A stretch of 64,000 bases of DNA from Nannocystales bacterium (GCA_050633305.1 JBOEGF010000010.1:256001-320000); one strand, 5' to 3'; numbered from the stretch's first letter, positions 1 through 9,715 are shown. Notes: generated from the sequence alone by a model not told the origin. Numbers and translations are program-made.

Positions 1-2
1 TC

Positions 3-572
3 GGCGACCTCGTGACCCAGACCGCCGGGTTTGGCTCATCCGCATCCGTATGCGGCCCGTTTGCGGGAGGTCAGCGTTTCGCGACCGATGAAGACGACCT
101 GGAGCTGGTCTTTCCATGTATCGCCCAAGTCGGGACGACCGGAAGCCCTATCGAGCAACCGGTCACGGCGACCGTCGCCGCGCTTGACCCGGCGAACGCG
201 GAGCCAGGTGCCTGCAACGAGGGCTTCATCCGCGAGGACGCCATCCTCGTTGTCGTGCTCGTGACGGACGACCCGCCGTTCGACTTCGACATGGACGACG
301 CCCACCCGGATACCGACACGTCGGGATGGTTCGATGCCGTCGTCGCGGCCAAGGGCGGAGACGTCGAGTCCGTCGTCATGATCGGCTTCGTTCCGCTCGA
401 CCCGGCCGCGACTTGCACCTTCGGGACCAGCCCGAATCTCATTGGCTTCGTCGAGGAGTTTGGCGAGCAGGGAGTGCTGGCCAGCATCTGCGAGCCTGAC
501 TACGCGCCGATCTTCGCGTCCTCGATCGAGACGATCGAGACGACGTGCGACAACTTCATCCCACAGGGATGA
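3..572 (+). CDS. C-terminal part of a myxobacterial VWA-like secreted protein/lipoprotein (5'-truncated by the window edge)
   Basis: Frame is open from the window start; motif CNEGFIREDAILVVVLVTDD and ending SICEPDYAPIF...C are typical of myxobacterial VWA-like proteins. Confidence 0.65.
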   Translation, partial: GDLVTQTAGFGSSASVCGPFAGGQRFATDEDDLELVFPCIAQVGTTGSPIEQPVTATVAALDPANAEPGACNEGFIREDAILVVVLVTDDPPFDFDMDDAHPDTDTSGWFDAVVAAKGGDVESVVMIGFVPLDPAATCTFGTSPNLIGFVEEFGEQGVLASICEPDYAPIFASSIETIETTCDNFIPQG

Positions 573-599
573 TGGGGGTCCTGGGCGAGAGGGACTCGT

Positions 600-914
600 T
601 CACCCGTCGCTGCAGAGAGTGTCGAGCTCCTCTTCTGAGCATGAGTCGCCGTCGCAGAGGTTGGCGAGGCGACACTCGTACCACCTCGACACGGCGGCCT
701 CGCAGGCGGGGTCGTTGTCCAGTGTCCCGTCGTTGACGCAGGTTTCGACGCAGACCTCGACCGGCGTGTTGTCGTTGTGGCAGGCGTAGTACTCGGGACA
801 GAACTCCTCGCAGACCTCGACGAGTGGCCGAGGTTCCGCATCCTGTGAACCATCCGACTTCGTCGAGTCACAGCCGAGGATTGCCATCGCGCACAGCAGC
901 AGTCGTCGATGCAT
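600..914 (-). CDS. Small Cys-rich lipoprotein
   Basis: Signal peptide with lipobox AILG-C; multiple Cys (CEEFC, CVETC, CDGDSC). Confidence 0.7.
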   Translation of the reverse strand: MHRRLLLCAMAILGCDSTKSDGSQDAEPRPLVEVCEEFCPEYYACHNDNTPVEVCVETCVNDGTLDNDPACEAAVSRWYECRLANLCDGDSCSEEELDTLCSDG

Positions 915-936
915 TCGGCATGTATACCGCTACGGA

Positions 937-1902
937 TCACTGACGGAAGCGGACGTGGAAGTGATTCGCGTGGCCTCGCCAATGCCGGATGATGCCCTGT
1001 GCCGCCGCCGAGCCCCGTGGGTACTGGAACAGCTCGGCCAGCCGGCCTTCGGGCACGCCTTCGTGCTTGGCATGCTCGTAGAGAAGCCGCTGTAGGCCGT
1101 AGTCGACGAAAATGAAGCGGACCCGCTGTGTGCCGAGAAAGGCATCGAGCAAGGCCCACGAGCGGACGACATCGAGGCGGCCCGCTGTGGCGGTGACGAA
1201 ACGCTTTACATCGGCGACCTCTCCTCGGAGCACGTAGCCCACGTCGACGTCGCGGCCGTCCTGGTGCGAGAGGTGGGGAGGGAATGGGCCGCCGGACTTC
1301 TGGCTGATGTCGCCTATATGCACCGCGGGACCGCCGAGGCCTCGGTCGAGGTAGCGCTTGGTCGCGGTCTGGATCGCGGTGAGCGTGCGCGGGGTTCCCC
1401 ACGCGTTGTCGGGCCTCTTGACGACGTATCCCGGCCCGGGCTGAAGCTGCGTCGCTTCATCCATCGAGTTCACGCGCGCGTCGAAGTCGACGAAGTCCGG
1501 ATAGAACACCTCACGACCGGTCATGGCCACAGGCTCCTCGGGGAAGTCGAGTCGCTCCTCGGACCCCGCTCGTCGAAAGACGATCGCGTCCCGCTGAATC
1601 GTCGCGAGCTCGACCCCGGGCCGGACCGAGTCACCCACGGCGTAGGTGGTGATGCTCGACCGCTCCTCATCCTGGAGGGTCGCCCGGCTGCGGGTAGAAT
1701 CGTCGCCGACCATCGTTGCCATCAACACCAGTGGAAGGTCAGTGGGGACGATGGCCGGGACCTCGTCGGCCTGAACGGGGACGGGCACGCTCTCCGCTGA
1801 TTCTGGGGCGCCAAGGTCGAGCCGCGGCGGGGGGCTCGCGGTGACGCCGGGGGCCGGCTCGCCGCATGCGGCCAGCAGCACCGCGAGCAAGAGCGGACGC
1901 AT
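937..1902 (-). CDS. Lipoprotein with a GspC HR-like domain fused to a penicillin-insensitive murein endopeptidase (MepA-like) domain
   Basis: ATG 1902, MRPLLLAVLLAAC lipobox; MepA-type motifs WGT, IGDIS..GG, HLSHQDGRDVD, HANHFHVR; N-terminal LVLMATMVG...YAVGDSV...IQRDAIVF...EERL resembles the GspC HR domain. Confidence 0.8.
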   Translation of the reverse strand: MRPLLLAVLLAACGEPAPGVTASPPPRLDLGAPESAESVPVPVQADEVPAIVPTDLPLVLMATMVGDDSTRSRATLQDEERSSITTYAVGDSVRPGVELATIQRDAIVFRRAGSEERLDFPEEPVAMTGREVFYPDFVDFDARVNSMDEATQLQPGPGYVVKRPDNAWGTPRTLTAIQTATKRYLDRGLGGPAVHIGDISQKSGGPFPPHLSHQDGRDVDVGYVLRGEVADVKRFVTATAGRLDVVRSWALLDAFLGTQRVRFIFVDYGLQRLLYEHAKHEGVPEGRLAELFQYPRGSAAAQGIIRHWRGHANHFHVRFRQ

Positions 1903-1909
1903 CACGTCA

Positions 1910-3868
1910 TCATGGTGCTCCATTCGGAGGCGAGACGCGAGGTGCCCACCGTCGGTCCAGGACACTCTCACCGTCGTCCCCACCACAGACGTGCCCGCCA
2001 GTGCGGTCGACGTACGCGAAACGCGTTCCGTCCTCGGACCAGCTCGTGCCGTGCAAGCCCTGGGCGCGTCGTACCCAGACCCGGGCGTTGCGCTCGGTGT
2101 CGATCATCGTGAGGTGAGCGTCCCTCGAGGTGAACACGCTCCGGTGTTTCTGGAGCACGACGCTACGATCTCCGGTGGAGGTCGGAGCGGTGCCGAAGAT
2201 CTCGACCGGACGCAGGTGCAGTGCGGCCATCTCGTGCCCGAGCCCGGCCATCCAATCGGTGCTCTCCCATCCGCGAGGTTTGCCACCTTCGGGCCAGCTC
2301 GTTCGCTCCGAAGAGTTCACGGCTTGAACCGATCCCAGCTTGCCCTCTTCGACGGCGAGGATCTGCAGCGGCTCGGAGGGGCGGCTCGAGGCGAGGACCA
2401 CGTGACCTCCGCGTTCTTCCGGCCGCCATCCCGCGTGTTCGATGCCCCACACGACAGGAATCGTGGCGGTGTCGAGGACAGTATCGGTTTCGATCTGGCG
2501 GACCTGAACGTGGCCGGCGTTGTCCAGGGTCACCAGATGCTCTTCGCCTGCGAACGCCAGTAGGCGTGGTGCGCCGGCCGTTGGTGCAAGGCGGCGCGTC
2601 TCGCCTGTGCCATCGACGGACTCGACGATGATCTCATCGCCAGTTCCCCAAGCCACGGTGCTTCCGGTGGGGCTCAGACCGACCGCGTAGGCGGCCAGTG
2701 GCTGTCCTTGCATGAGCGTGGGCGAACTCCCATGGACGCTCTGAACCCGGAAGGCGTCGCCCCATGCGGTCGCATGCATTCCCCCGCGGGCGGTCGTGTG
2801 CATCAGCGAGAACTCGTTGGAACCATCATAGGAGATGGTGGCCGCGGCGACCGGTACCAGCGTGGAGCGGTCGGTCCCCGAATCCCAGGGGACCGCGGCG
2901 CTCAGCGGGAGGCGTAGCGCCTGGCCGGACCCCGTCTCCGCAATGATCTCGTCCGCGAACGGATGCACACGGGGGCGGAAGCGGGTGTCGGACTCGCCGA
3001 CGAGCATGCGGCGCGTGCCGTCGTGCAGGTCGACCACCTCGATCTCAAAACGTCCTTTCTTCGGAAGCGGCTTCTGCATTGCCGTCGCGTAGCGGCCGTC
3101 GGCGCTCATACCGATGTCGTTGCGGTTGGGGCTTTGGTCGATCGCGAGGGTGTGCGGCTCGCCCTCGAGGCTGAGGGCGTCGTCGGAGATCTCGAGTCGC
3201 TGCATGCGAACCGGAGCGAATTGGACGACCGCCGCGTGTGTCTGGCCCTGGGCATCGTGCCCAATGCGCAGCTGCCACGGGATCACGCCGTGTTCGTCCA
3301 ACTCGGCCAAGATCTTGCCGTTCGTGTTCCACAGCCGCACGCGGTGGTCGACACCGAGCGCAAGGATCCGCGTTCCGCCACTGAGGACGTGAACTTCGAA
3401 CATTGGGTCGATGGGGGAGAGGTCGAAGGCCGTTGTCCAGCGTGCGCCGGTCTCGGTCACGTAGATCCTCGCGATGTGCGTGCCGCCGCTGGTGTCGATG
3501 AACGCCGCTACAAACCCTGACTCGGTGGCGGCCAGCGACATCCACGAAGGTTCCTCGACGGGCAACGTCCAGGGGAGCGCGTCCGATTCGAACGACGGCC
3601 ATAGGCGGACGCCTCCCTCGACGTCGAGCGTGAGCGCGGAGCCCCCTTCCGGGGACAGGACCACCTCGTGCATCGAGGCATCGTGTCGAGCGGCGACGAG
3701 TGCCACCGAAGGCATCGCAGTGGCCTGCGGATTCTCGGCTGCGGGCGCCGTGGGCGTGTCGGTTTGGGGGACGGACTTGGTTCCGGGGCCACTGGTGCTC
3801 GTTTCGGTCACCGTGTTGACACAACCGGACGCAAGCACGGCGAGGGAGGCGAGAAGTCGAGCGTTCAT
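1910..3868 (-). CDS. WD40/beta-propeller lipoprotein
   Basis: Lipobox LASG-C; repeated blades VVLSPEG..ALTLD..GGVRLW, LGVDHRVRLWN, LSPTGSTVAW. Confidence 0.75.
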   Translation of the reverse strand: MNARLLASLAVLASGCVNTVTETSTSGPGTKSVPQTDTPTAPAAENPQATAMPSVALVAARHDASMHEVVLSPEGGSALTLDVEGGVRLWPSFESDALPWTLPVEEPSWMSLAATESGFVAAFIDTSGGTHIARIYVTETGARWTTAFDLSPIDPMFEVHVLSGGTRILALGVDHRVRLWNTNGKILAELDEHGVIPWQLRIGHDAQGQTHAAVVQFAPVRMQRLEISDDALSLEGEPHTLAIDQSPNRNDIGMSADGRYATAMQKPLPKKGRFEIEVVDLHDGTRRMLVGESDTRFRPRVHPFADEIIAETGSGQALRLPLSAAVPWDSGTDRSTLVPVAAATISYDGSNEFSLMHTTARGGMHATAWGDAFRVQSVHGSSPTLMQGQPLAAYAVGLSPTGSTVAWGTGDEIIVESVDGTGETRRLAPTAGAPRLLAFAGEEHLVTLDNAGHVQVRQIETDTVLDTATIPVVWGIEHAGWRPEERGGHVVLASSRPSEPLQILAVEEGKLGSVQAVNSSERTSWPEGGKPRGWESTDWMAGLGHEMAALHLRPVEIFGTAPTSTGDRSVVLQKHRSVFTSRDAHLTMIDTERNARVWVRRAQGLHGTSWSEDGTRFAYVDRTGGHVCGGDDGESVLDRRWAPRVSPPNGAP

Positions 3869-5841
3869 CAGAGGGTCTCCAGGTAGGCGACGAGGTCGTG
3901 GGCTTGCGGTGAGGTCAACTCGGAGAAGTCAGCCATGTCGTGGACGCTGCCCTTGTCCGTGACGAGCGCCCACAGGTCGACCGCGCTTCCATCGTGGTAG
4001 TAGGGCGCCGTGTGGGCCAGTCCTTTGAGGGATGGCGTGTCCGTCTCTTCGAGCCCCCACGCGTCGAATGGATACTGGTTGCCGTCTGCCATCGCCTCGC
4101 CCGCATGGCAGGCACTGCACTCGAGCGTGTCTTCGAACAGGCTCTTGCCGCGCTGTACGGCGGATGCACTCGCGACGGTTGGACGGGTGGCCGTGGGCAG
4201 CCATCGCACGTAGGCCGCGAGGTCATCCCGTTCGCTGCGGCTCAGTGACGAGCCTCCGAGTCTTTCGATCGTGTGCTTGAAGCTCTTGTTCAAGGTCGCG
4301 TCGAGACCACCCCACTTGTAGGGCTCCGTCCCGCCGAGCCGTCCGGCCAGCATCGGCGTTTGAAGGATGGCGCCGCCCAGTCGCCAGCTCAGCCCATCTT
4401 GTCGACCCTCGGGGTGGCAGGAAGCACAGGCCATGGTGCCGCTGTCGGAGATCTGGCTCGACTCTCCCCGTCGAAACAGCTCCGCCCCGCGCTCGACTGA
4501 CTCGCCCCTTTTTGATGCGGCCAACTCGGGGCCCACGGAGACCGCGGACTCGGTATGCCAAGGCTTGTCATCCAGCTTCAACTGATCGGGTCTCACCCGA
4601 AGCAGCTTTCGGCTGAGCTCGCAGTGCACCCACAGCGTTCCGCCGTCCACGACCATGCCGTCCGCTCCGCACGCGTTGTTGCCCGTGTCCCGGCGTCGGT
4701 GCATCCGCCATGCGCTGTAGGCCGAAGGCAGTGAGACATCCGAGATACCGACGATGTCGTCGTCGCCGTATCCCGCGACGTAGAGCCGGTCGAGACTGGC
4801 GTCGTAGGCCATCGCCCGTGGCTGGTGGACGTGCTGTAGCTTCGACACCTGGACCTTGGCCTGTCCCGCGACGCGAGGGGAGACGACGGCAAGTCGGTGG
4901 TCGATGGGCGGCACTTCCTGTGGGCCGCCGCCGTAGCTGTCCTGCATGCCCCGAGAGGGCACACGTCTCATTTGAGGGGTCGCGACTTGGTGCGGCGCGA
5001 CGACCTGGCCATGCCCGACGTACGCGACCGAGAACACGTTGCGTGCGTGTCTACGGCCCTGGTCGGTCGGGACCGAGAAACGACTACGTGCCTCGGAGAT
5101 ACTGGCTACCGGGATCTTCCCGTCGCCCCAGTCGTCGAACTCCATCTCCACCTTCACGTGGTCGCGGGGGTCGAGGGCGTGCCAGCGCACCGTCTCGCCG
5201 TTGGTATCGAGGTAGACCTCTGCGAGGGCGCCGGAACTCAGGAACCCCACCGTGGCGCGCGTTCCGTCGGTCGACACCGCGATCCCGCGCGGCTCGGCCC
5301 GGAGTTTTACGGACCAGGCCTCCTTCATCGTTTTGGTGTCGAAGGCGATCAGGGCGTGGTCCGCGACGCTGGTGACATAGACCGTCGCACCGTCGGGGGA
5401 GAGGCCCAGTCCATACGGCTCTGCGACCGTCACGCTCGTGTCCTCGAGGAGGCTGTCGTCTTGCGAGGTATCGAGGCGAACCAGTCGGTTGCCTGCTCGG
5501 TCCGCCACGAACGACAGCGCGTCTCCGTCTGTCACCAACTCGCCCAACGTCCCTGCAAACTCGAGCGCCGCCACTGCTTCGCCGTTGCGGTCGGCTCGGA
5601 TCACGGCAGCCGCGTTGCGTTCGGCGACGAGGAGTCCGTGTGTATCGAGAACCACCGTTCCCCCGCGGTGCCCCACATGGGGGGCGTCCGTCGGAAGGGT
5701 GACTGCGCCGCGACGAGCGTTCGTCGCGGCCAGCGCTTCAAGATCCCGCGAGGCAGAGTAGTCGTGGGCCTGAGCACCGCCTACGACCCCCGCCACCAAG
5801 AGCAAACCCGCCGCGCTTCCTGCCCACGTCTTGCCATGCAT
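3868..5841 (-). CDS. YVTN-type beta-propeller fused to a di-heme cytochrome c peroxidase-like domain
   Basis: Signal peptide; blades EPYGLGLSPDG, EPRGIAVSTDG; heme motifs CASCH and CSACH; TPSL...TAPYYHDGS; start taken at MHGKTW. Confidence 0.85.
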   Translation of the reverse strand: MHGKTWAGSAAGLLLVAGVVGGAQAHDYSASRDLEALAATNARRGAVTLPTDAPHVGHRGGTVVLDTHGLLVAERNAAAVIRADRNGEAVAALEFAGTLGELVTDGDALSFVADRAGNRLVRLDTSQDDSLLEDTSVTVAEPYGLGLSPDGATVYVTSVADHALIAFDTKTMKEAWSVKLRAEPRGIAVSTDGTRATVGFLSSGALAEVYLDTNGETVRWHALDPRDHVKVEMEFDDWGDGKIPVASISEARSRFSVPTDQGRRHARNVFSVAYVGHGQVVAPHQVATPQMRRVPSRGMQDSYGGGPQEVPPIDHRLAVVSPRVAGQAKVQVSKLQHVHQPRAMAYDASLDRLYVAGYGDDDIVGISDVSLPSAYSAWRMHRRRDTGNNACGADGMVVDGGTLWVHCELSRKLLRVRPDQLKLDDKPWHTESAVSVGPELAASKRGESVERGAELFRRGESSQISDSGTMACASCHPEGRQDGLSWRLGGAILQTPMLAGRLGGTEPYKWGGLDATLNKSFKHTIERLGGSSLSRSERDDLAAYVRWLPTATRPTVASASAVQRGKSLFEDTLECSACHAGEAMADGNQYPFDAWGLEETDTPSLKGLAHTAPYYHDGSAVDLWALVTDKGSVHDMADFSELTSPQAHDLVAYLETL

Positions 5842-6002
5842 CTCACTGTGAATGCGTGAGCAGCGGGGACACATTCCCGCACCGCTCACGCGCGGGACGA
5901 TTTCGTCCGGGCGCGAGGGGGCGCCCGGGAATCAGCGAGCCGCGCGGACTGAGCCGCCAAGCGGATTCGACCGCGCTTGTTCTGGAGCGTCGGTGTCGAA
6001 GC

Positions 6003-6332
6003 TCAGCTTGCCGCGCCGACGACCGCCATCAGGTCATCGTCGGGTTGATCGAACTCGATGGCGAGCTTGTACGGCCACAAGCCGCCGGGGTCGTTGGCGT
6101 TGGGCTCCTGCCGAACGACGCGGCCCTGAACCAAGCGGGGGCAGCCTGCCTCGGGGTCGATGTGCAACGAGACGTGAACTTCACTGCCGAGCTCGAGCCG
6201 GCGGCGGGCTGCGAGAAGGATGCCTTTGGAGCTCACATCCTTGGCCACCGCCGTGTTGCGACGCTCTCCGTGGCGCATCCGAACTGGAAACCAGGTCTTC
6301 ACGCGTCGGGAGCGGCGGTTCTCGGCGGTCAT
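6003..6332 (-). CDS. Single-domain PilZ protein (c-di-GMP binding)
   Basis: ENRRSRR (RxxxR) and DVSSKG (DxSxxG) motifs; GRVVR...LAIEF; 109 aa from ATG 6332. Confidence 0.85.
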   Translation of the reverse strand: MTAENRRSRRVKTWFPVRMRHGERRNTAVAKDVSSKGILLAARRRLELGSEVHVSLHIDPEAGCPRLVQGRVVRQEPNANDPGGLWPYKLAIEFDQPDDDLMAVVGAAS

Positions 6333-6537
6333 GCGCACAGTGTAGGACTTTGGTTCACCTCTCGCCACACCGACTTCGTGTGGGACGCTGGATGCGGCCC
6401 CGCGGCCTGTTTGGCGGTCATCGGGGAGGGTGCCCCTGGGGTGTCGAGGGTGCCCTCCTCTGGAGGCGCGGCTGACTCCGGCCTCGGCTCTCCCCGATTC
6501 CGAAGCTTCCCGCCAAGCCGGTATCCTGCGGATCGCC

Positions 6538-7314
6538 TCAGCGCTTGCGTGTTTTCCGTTCTTCGCCGTCCACCGACGCCACCGCGGATCGGAACAGGTC
6601 ACGAAGCTCCGCTGCGGAAACCTGGGTGTTCGCCGGGGTCGCTGCGGACTGTGGGCGCGATGCGGCTTTCGCTCTCTTTCGACGCCCGAACAAGCGGACC
6701 AACGTGGGCGCGACGTTGGACGCAGACCATCGGTTCGCTGGCGCGGGTTCGCTGTCGTGTCGGAGCGGGGCAGGATGGGGCAGGGGTGGGGTGCGGTGAC
6801 GGGCTGTCGATGGGCCGGAGTCCGAGACGTTTTCCGTGGGGAACTGCGGCGCGGCCGCGACCGGAGCTCCTTGTTTTCTCGGGGCCGGCCCGGCGCCACC
6901 TGGCTCCGCAGGAGGCGCAGTCGACTCGGTTGGCGAGGGTGGCTTGTTGCTCGCAGCGGCTTCGGCGAGAGAGCGACTGACACACGCCGAGAGTTGCCTC
7001 AGCGTTGTGGCGGGAAGCTCGAGAAACGAGAGCCCGATCTCACGACTTCCGCGGGTTTGGCCGGGGACCGAGCGGACGACGAGAGCGTCCGCGTCGATCC
7101 ACGGTGCACCCTGCTCGGAAGACAAAGGGAGCCGAACCCGCACGAACTCGGTGCAGTTGACGGGGCCGGAAATCTCGAGCCGCACGCCCGCGATACTGAT
7201 GTCGACTGCGTTCGCCGCGTACTCTCCTCGACCCGTCGAAACAACGGCGCGGGTGCGGTGCGTCGCGCGGGCAAACGCGCGGTTACCGGGTGTTCTTGTG
7301 TCTCTGGATGCCAT
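6538..7314 (-). CDS. PilZ domain protein with a Pro/Ala-rich C-terminal extension
   Basis: RAFAR and DISIAG motifs, ALVVR...IGLSF; low-complexity tail ending LRDLFRSAV; ATG 7314. Confidence 0.75.
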   Translation of the reverse strand: MASRDTRTPGNRAFARATHRTRAVVSTGRGEYAANAVDISIAGVRLEISGPVNCTEFVRVRLPLSSEQGAPWIDADALVVRSVPGQTRGSREIGLSFLELPATTLRQLSACVSRSLAEAAASNKPPSPTESTAPPAEPGGAGPAPRKQGAPVAAAPQFPTENVSDSGPSTARHRTPPLPHPAPLRHDSEPAPANRWSASNVAPTLVRLFGRRKRAKAASRPQSAATPANTQVSAAELRDLFRSAVASVDGEERKTRKR

Positions 7315-7504
7315 CTGGCCGCGGTCTCGCCGGAGTCTGCTCCGGCGGCGGCGGCTGTCGAGGAGCGCCATTGCCGTGGTGTTCGCACGCTCTCAGCGCG
7401 TCGCGGCGACACCGCTTGTGCGGGGCAGGATGCGAACGGCGTGGCAAAAATCCCCACTCGATGCCGGAGCGAAGCGAGCGGTTCGATCGGCCCCAAAACG
7501 GTCG

Positions 7505-8092
7505 CTACAAGACGAGCTCAACCCCGAGAGCGGCGAGCGTCGAACCGGCGCCTTCGAGGGAAATCTTCAGGCCCTTGACCCGATTGTTCTCGAGGTCGAG
7601 GCACAGCCGTTGGGCAGTGCTCATGTCGCAGCGCGTCAGGTCCGACCGATGGAAGATCGTTCCCTCCAAGTCACAGCCGTCGAAGCTGGACCCGGTGAGG
7701 GTTGCCTCTCCGAAGTCGGTCTCGTTGAGCTTGCAGTTCTTGAACGCGGTCTGCGGGAGGTGGAGCCCAAAAAAAGACGAGTAGCTCAGGTTGCACTCGG
7801 TGAACTCGAACTCCAGTGCGAACACGTGGCAGCTGGAGAACATGACACCGCGGACGCGGCATTCAGTGAAGCTCGCTGCGCGAAATCTTGTGCCATTGAC
7901 TTTGCAGTTGGAGAACTCGCAACGAGTCCATGAGCAGTCATCGAACACCGACTCGGCGAGGTCTGCGTCGGTGAAGGTGCAGTCGACGAACTCGCATGCG
8001 TCGAACGAGCACTTGCGAAGGTCGAGCTCGGTGAAGTCCTCTTTCGTGAAGACCTCGGAATCCCATTCGGTACCAGGCTGGGGTGTTGGCAT
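7505..8092 (-). CDS. Pentapeptide repeat protein
   Basis: Continuous A(D/N)Lxx/xxFxx 5-residue periodicity (CSFDACEFVDCTFTDADLAESVFDD...). Confidence 0.9.
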   Translation of the reverse strand: MPTPQPGTEWDSEVFTKEDFTELDLRKCSFDACEFVDCTFTDADLAESVFDDCSWTRCEFSNCKVNGTRFRAASFTECRVRGVMFSSCHVFALEFEFTECNLSYSSFFGLHLPQTAFKNCKLNETDFGEATLTGSSFDGCDLEGTIFHRSDLTRCDMSTAQRLCLDLENNRVKGLKISLEGAGSTLAALGVELVL

Positions 8093-8167
8093 CTAGGTTC
8101 TCGCGGCGGGCCTCTTATAGAGGTGCGGTGTTCAGATGTCCAGTGTGCGTCGACCGATGGGAACACG

Positions 8168-8208
8168 AAAAACGACCCCGTTGGCGGCGATGCGCCGGCG
8201 GGATCGTT
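8168..8208 (-). terminator. Probable intrinsic terminator downstream of the C1 peptidase gene
   Basis: Imperfect stem aacgaccccgttggcg / cgccggcgggatcgtt next to an A-run (U-tract on the minus strand). Confidence 0.45.
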
Positions 8209-8243
8209 CTGGTTCCGAAGTCTCCGGAGATCGCCGCAGAACC

Positions 8244-9674
8244 CTACAACGAGATCGACCAGGACGTCAGATTGCCCGAGTCGAGGCGCGCCGAATCGAC
8301 GACTTCCAGGGTCCACTCGCCGCCTCGGTCGAGTCCCTCGAAGGCCGACGTGTCGAGCTCGAGGTCCAGGTTGTCTTGGCCGCCACCCGAGCGCTCGTGC
8401 AAGACCTCGATCACGTCACCGTGGATGAGCCGGACGGTGAGGTCACCTCGCCACGTGTGCTCGATGGAAACCGTGACGCTGACCGTGCCGACGGTGTCGT
8501 CGTTCGCGGGGACCTCGATGCTTTGGCGGATGCCTTCATCGTCGTTGTCCGGGATCTCGACCGAGAGCTCTGAGCTGAAGGTCTGCTGCTCGCCCGGGTC
8601 GACGGGGTCGACGGGGTCGACGGGGTCGGTGGGGTCGGTGGGGTCGACGATGACCTCAGGGATGTCCGACACGTACGCGCGACCGAACTCGTCGACGTAG
8701 TCCATTGAAAGCCAGCCGTACCCGGCGCCTGCGGGGTGGTCGACGCCAAAGCCTTCGGTGCCCCAGCTGTTCTTGAACAGATAGAAGCCCTGCTCCATGA
8801 CCGGGTTGCCGTCCGCGTCGAGAACGGTGTTGCCCTCGCCGTCGACCCGCGGGAACTCGAGGTCGAGGTCCCAACCGACGATGAGAATGGAGTGGCCCGC
8901 CGGGCTCTCGCGGCTGATCTCACGGTCTTCGTCGTTGGGCGCACGGACGATTCCGGCGTCCCAGGAATCCAGGTTGCGAGGAAGCTCCGAACGGCGGTGG
9001 TTCCACGCTTGGTAGAAGAACTCCAGGCCCACGACCACGCCGGTCCCGTTGACCCGAATGTGGTCCATGATCGAAGCGCGTCGCGAGTTGAGCCAACGCC
9101 CGGGAGGCAGCTGGAATTTCTCCGCGGTGAGGGCGTCCTCGGGAGGTTGGCCGTTGGTGTAACAGCGTGTCGGCTGATCGTCCTCACCGTCGCACTCGGC
9201 ATCGTCGTCGACACCCCACTGGTCGACTTCGTAACGCCACGCGTCTTCGGCTGGGATGCCGTACTGCGTGAGCGCGCGGAGGTTGTAGTAGGCGTTGCTG
9301 CCCGATGTGTTCGGGAACGAGCCGACCTCGAACTTGGCCGACCACTGAAGATACTGCTCGGAGAAGTCTGGGCTCTCCATGCCGCCGGCGATGTAGAGGT
9401 GCTCCATCAGACCCGTGGTCGAGAAGATCGAACAGACGCCACGCCGTCCTTGGCTCTTGACCGGGGATTGCAGCTCCAGCAAGCCGCGGTGTTGTCGGGG
9501 TGCAGGACCGTCGGCTTTGATCTCAAACGGCAGCTCGTCGTTGGTGGGTGCGCCGTCGAGCAGGGCGTCGAGATCTGACAGCGGTGCGTCGCCATCGTCT
9601 CGGTGGTCGCCATGGTCGCAGCCGGCGGTTGCAAGGGAAAACAGAGCGAGTGCGAGAAGCGACTTTTTGAACAT
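8244..9674 (-). CDS. Papain-like C1 cysteine peptidase lipoprotein with a C-terminal proprotein-convertase P domain
   Basis: Lipobox ATAG-C; QGRRGVCSIF (catalytic Cys), GHSILIVGW (His), FKNSWG (Asn); P domain IEHTWRGDL...GEWTLEVVD...SWSI. Confidence 0.9.
   Translation of the reverse strand: MFKKSLLALALFSLATAGCDHGDHRDDGDAPLSDLDALLDGAPTNDELPFEIKADGPAPRQHRGLLELQSPVKSQGRRGVCSIFSTTGLMEHLYIAGGMESPDFSEQYLQWSAKFEVGSFPNTSGSNAYYNLRALTQYGIPAEDAWRYEVDQWGVDDDAECDGEDDQPTRCYTNGQPPEDALTAEKFQLPPGRWLNSRRASIMDHIRVNGTGVVVGLEFFYQAWNHRRSELPRNLDSWDAGIVRAPNDEDREISRESPAGHSILIVGWDLDLEFPRVDGEGNTVLDADGNPVMEQGFYLFKNSWGTEGFGVDHPAGAGYGWLSMDYVDEFGRAYVSDIPEVIVDPTDPTDPVDPVDPVDPGEQQTFSSELSVEIPDNDDEGIRQSIEVPANDDTVGTVSVTVSIEHTWRGDLTVRLIHGDVIEVLHERSGGGQDNLDLELDTSAFEGLDRGGEWTLEVVDSARLDSGNLTSWSISL
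8596..8649. repeat. 9-bp tandem repeat (about 6 units) encoding a DPT/DPV linker
   Basis: gggtcgacg/gggtcggtg units; protein VDPTDPTDPVDPVDPVDP between the peptidase and P domains. Confidence 0.85.
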
Positions 9675-9715
9675 TGACTCCACCACCGGGACCGAGATCG
9701 GTTGGCACACACCTG

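Noticed and set aside
6405..6520. 5S rRNA or c-di-GMP riboswitch
   Set aside because: The start ttggcggtcat superficially resembles 5S, but the conserved CCGAAC/GAAGTGAAAC core is absent and there is no rRNA operon; GEMM-I/II conserved segments were not found. Kept only as an unclassified structure.
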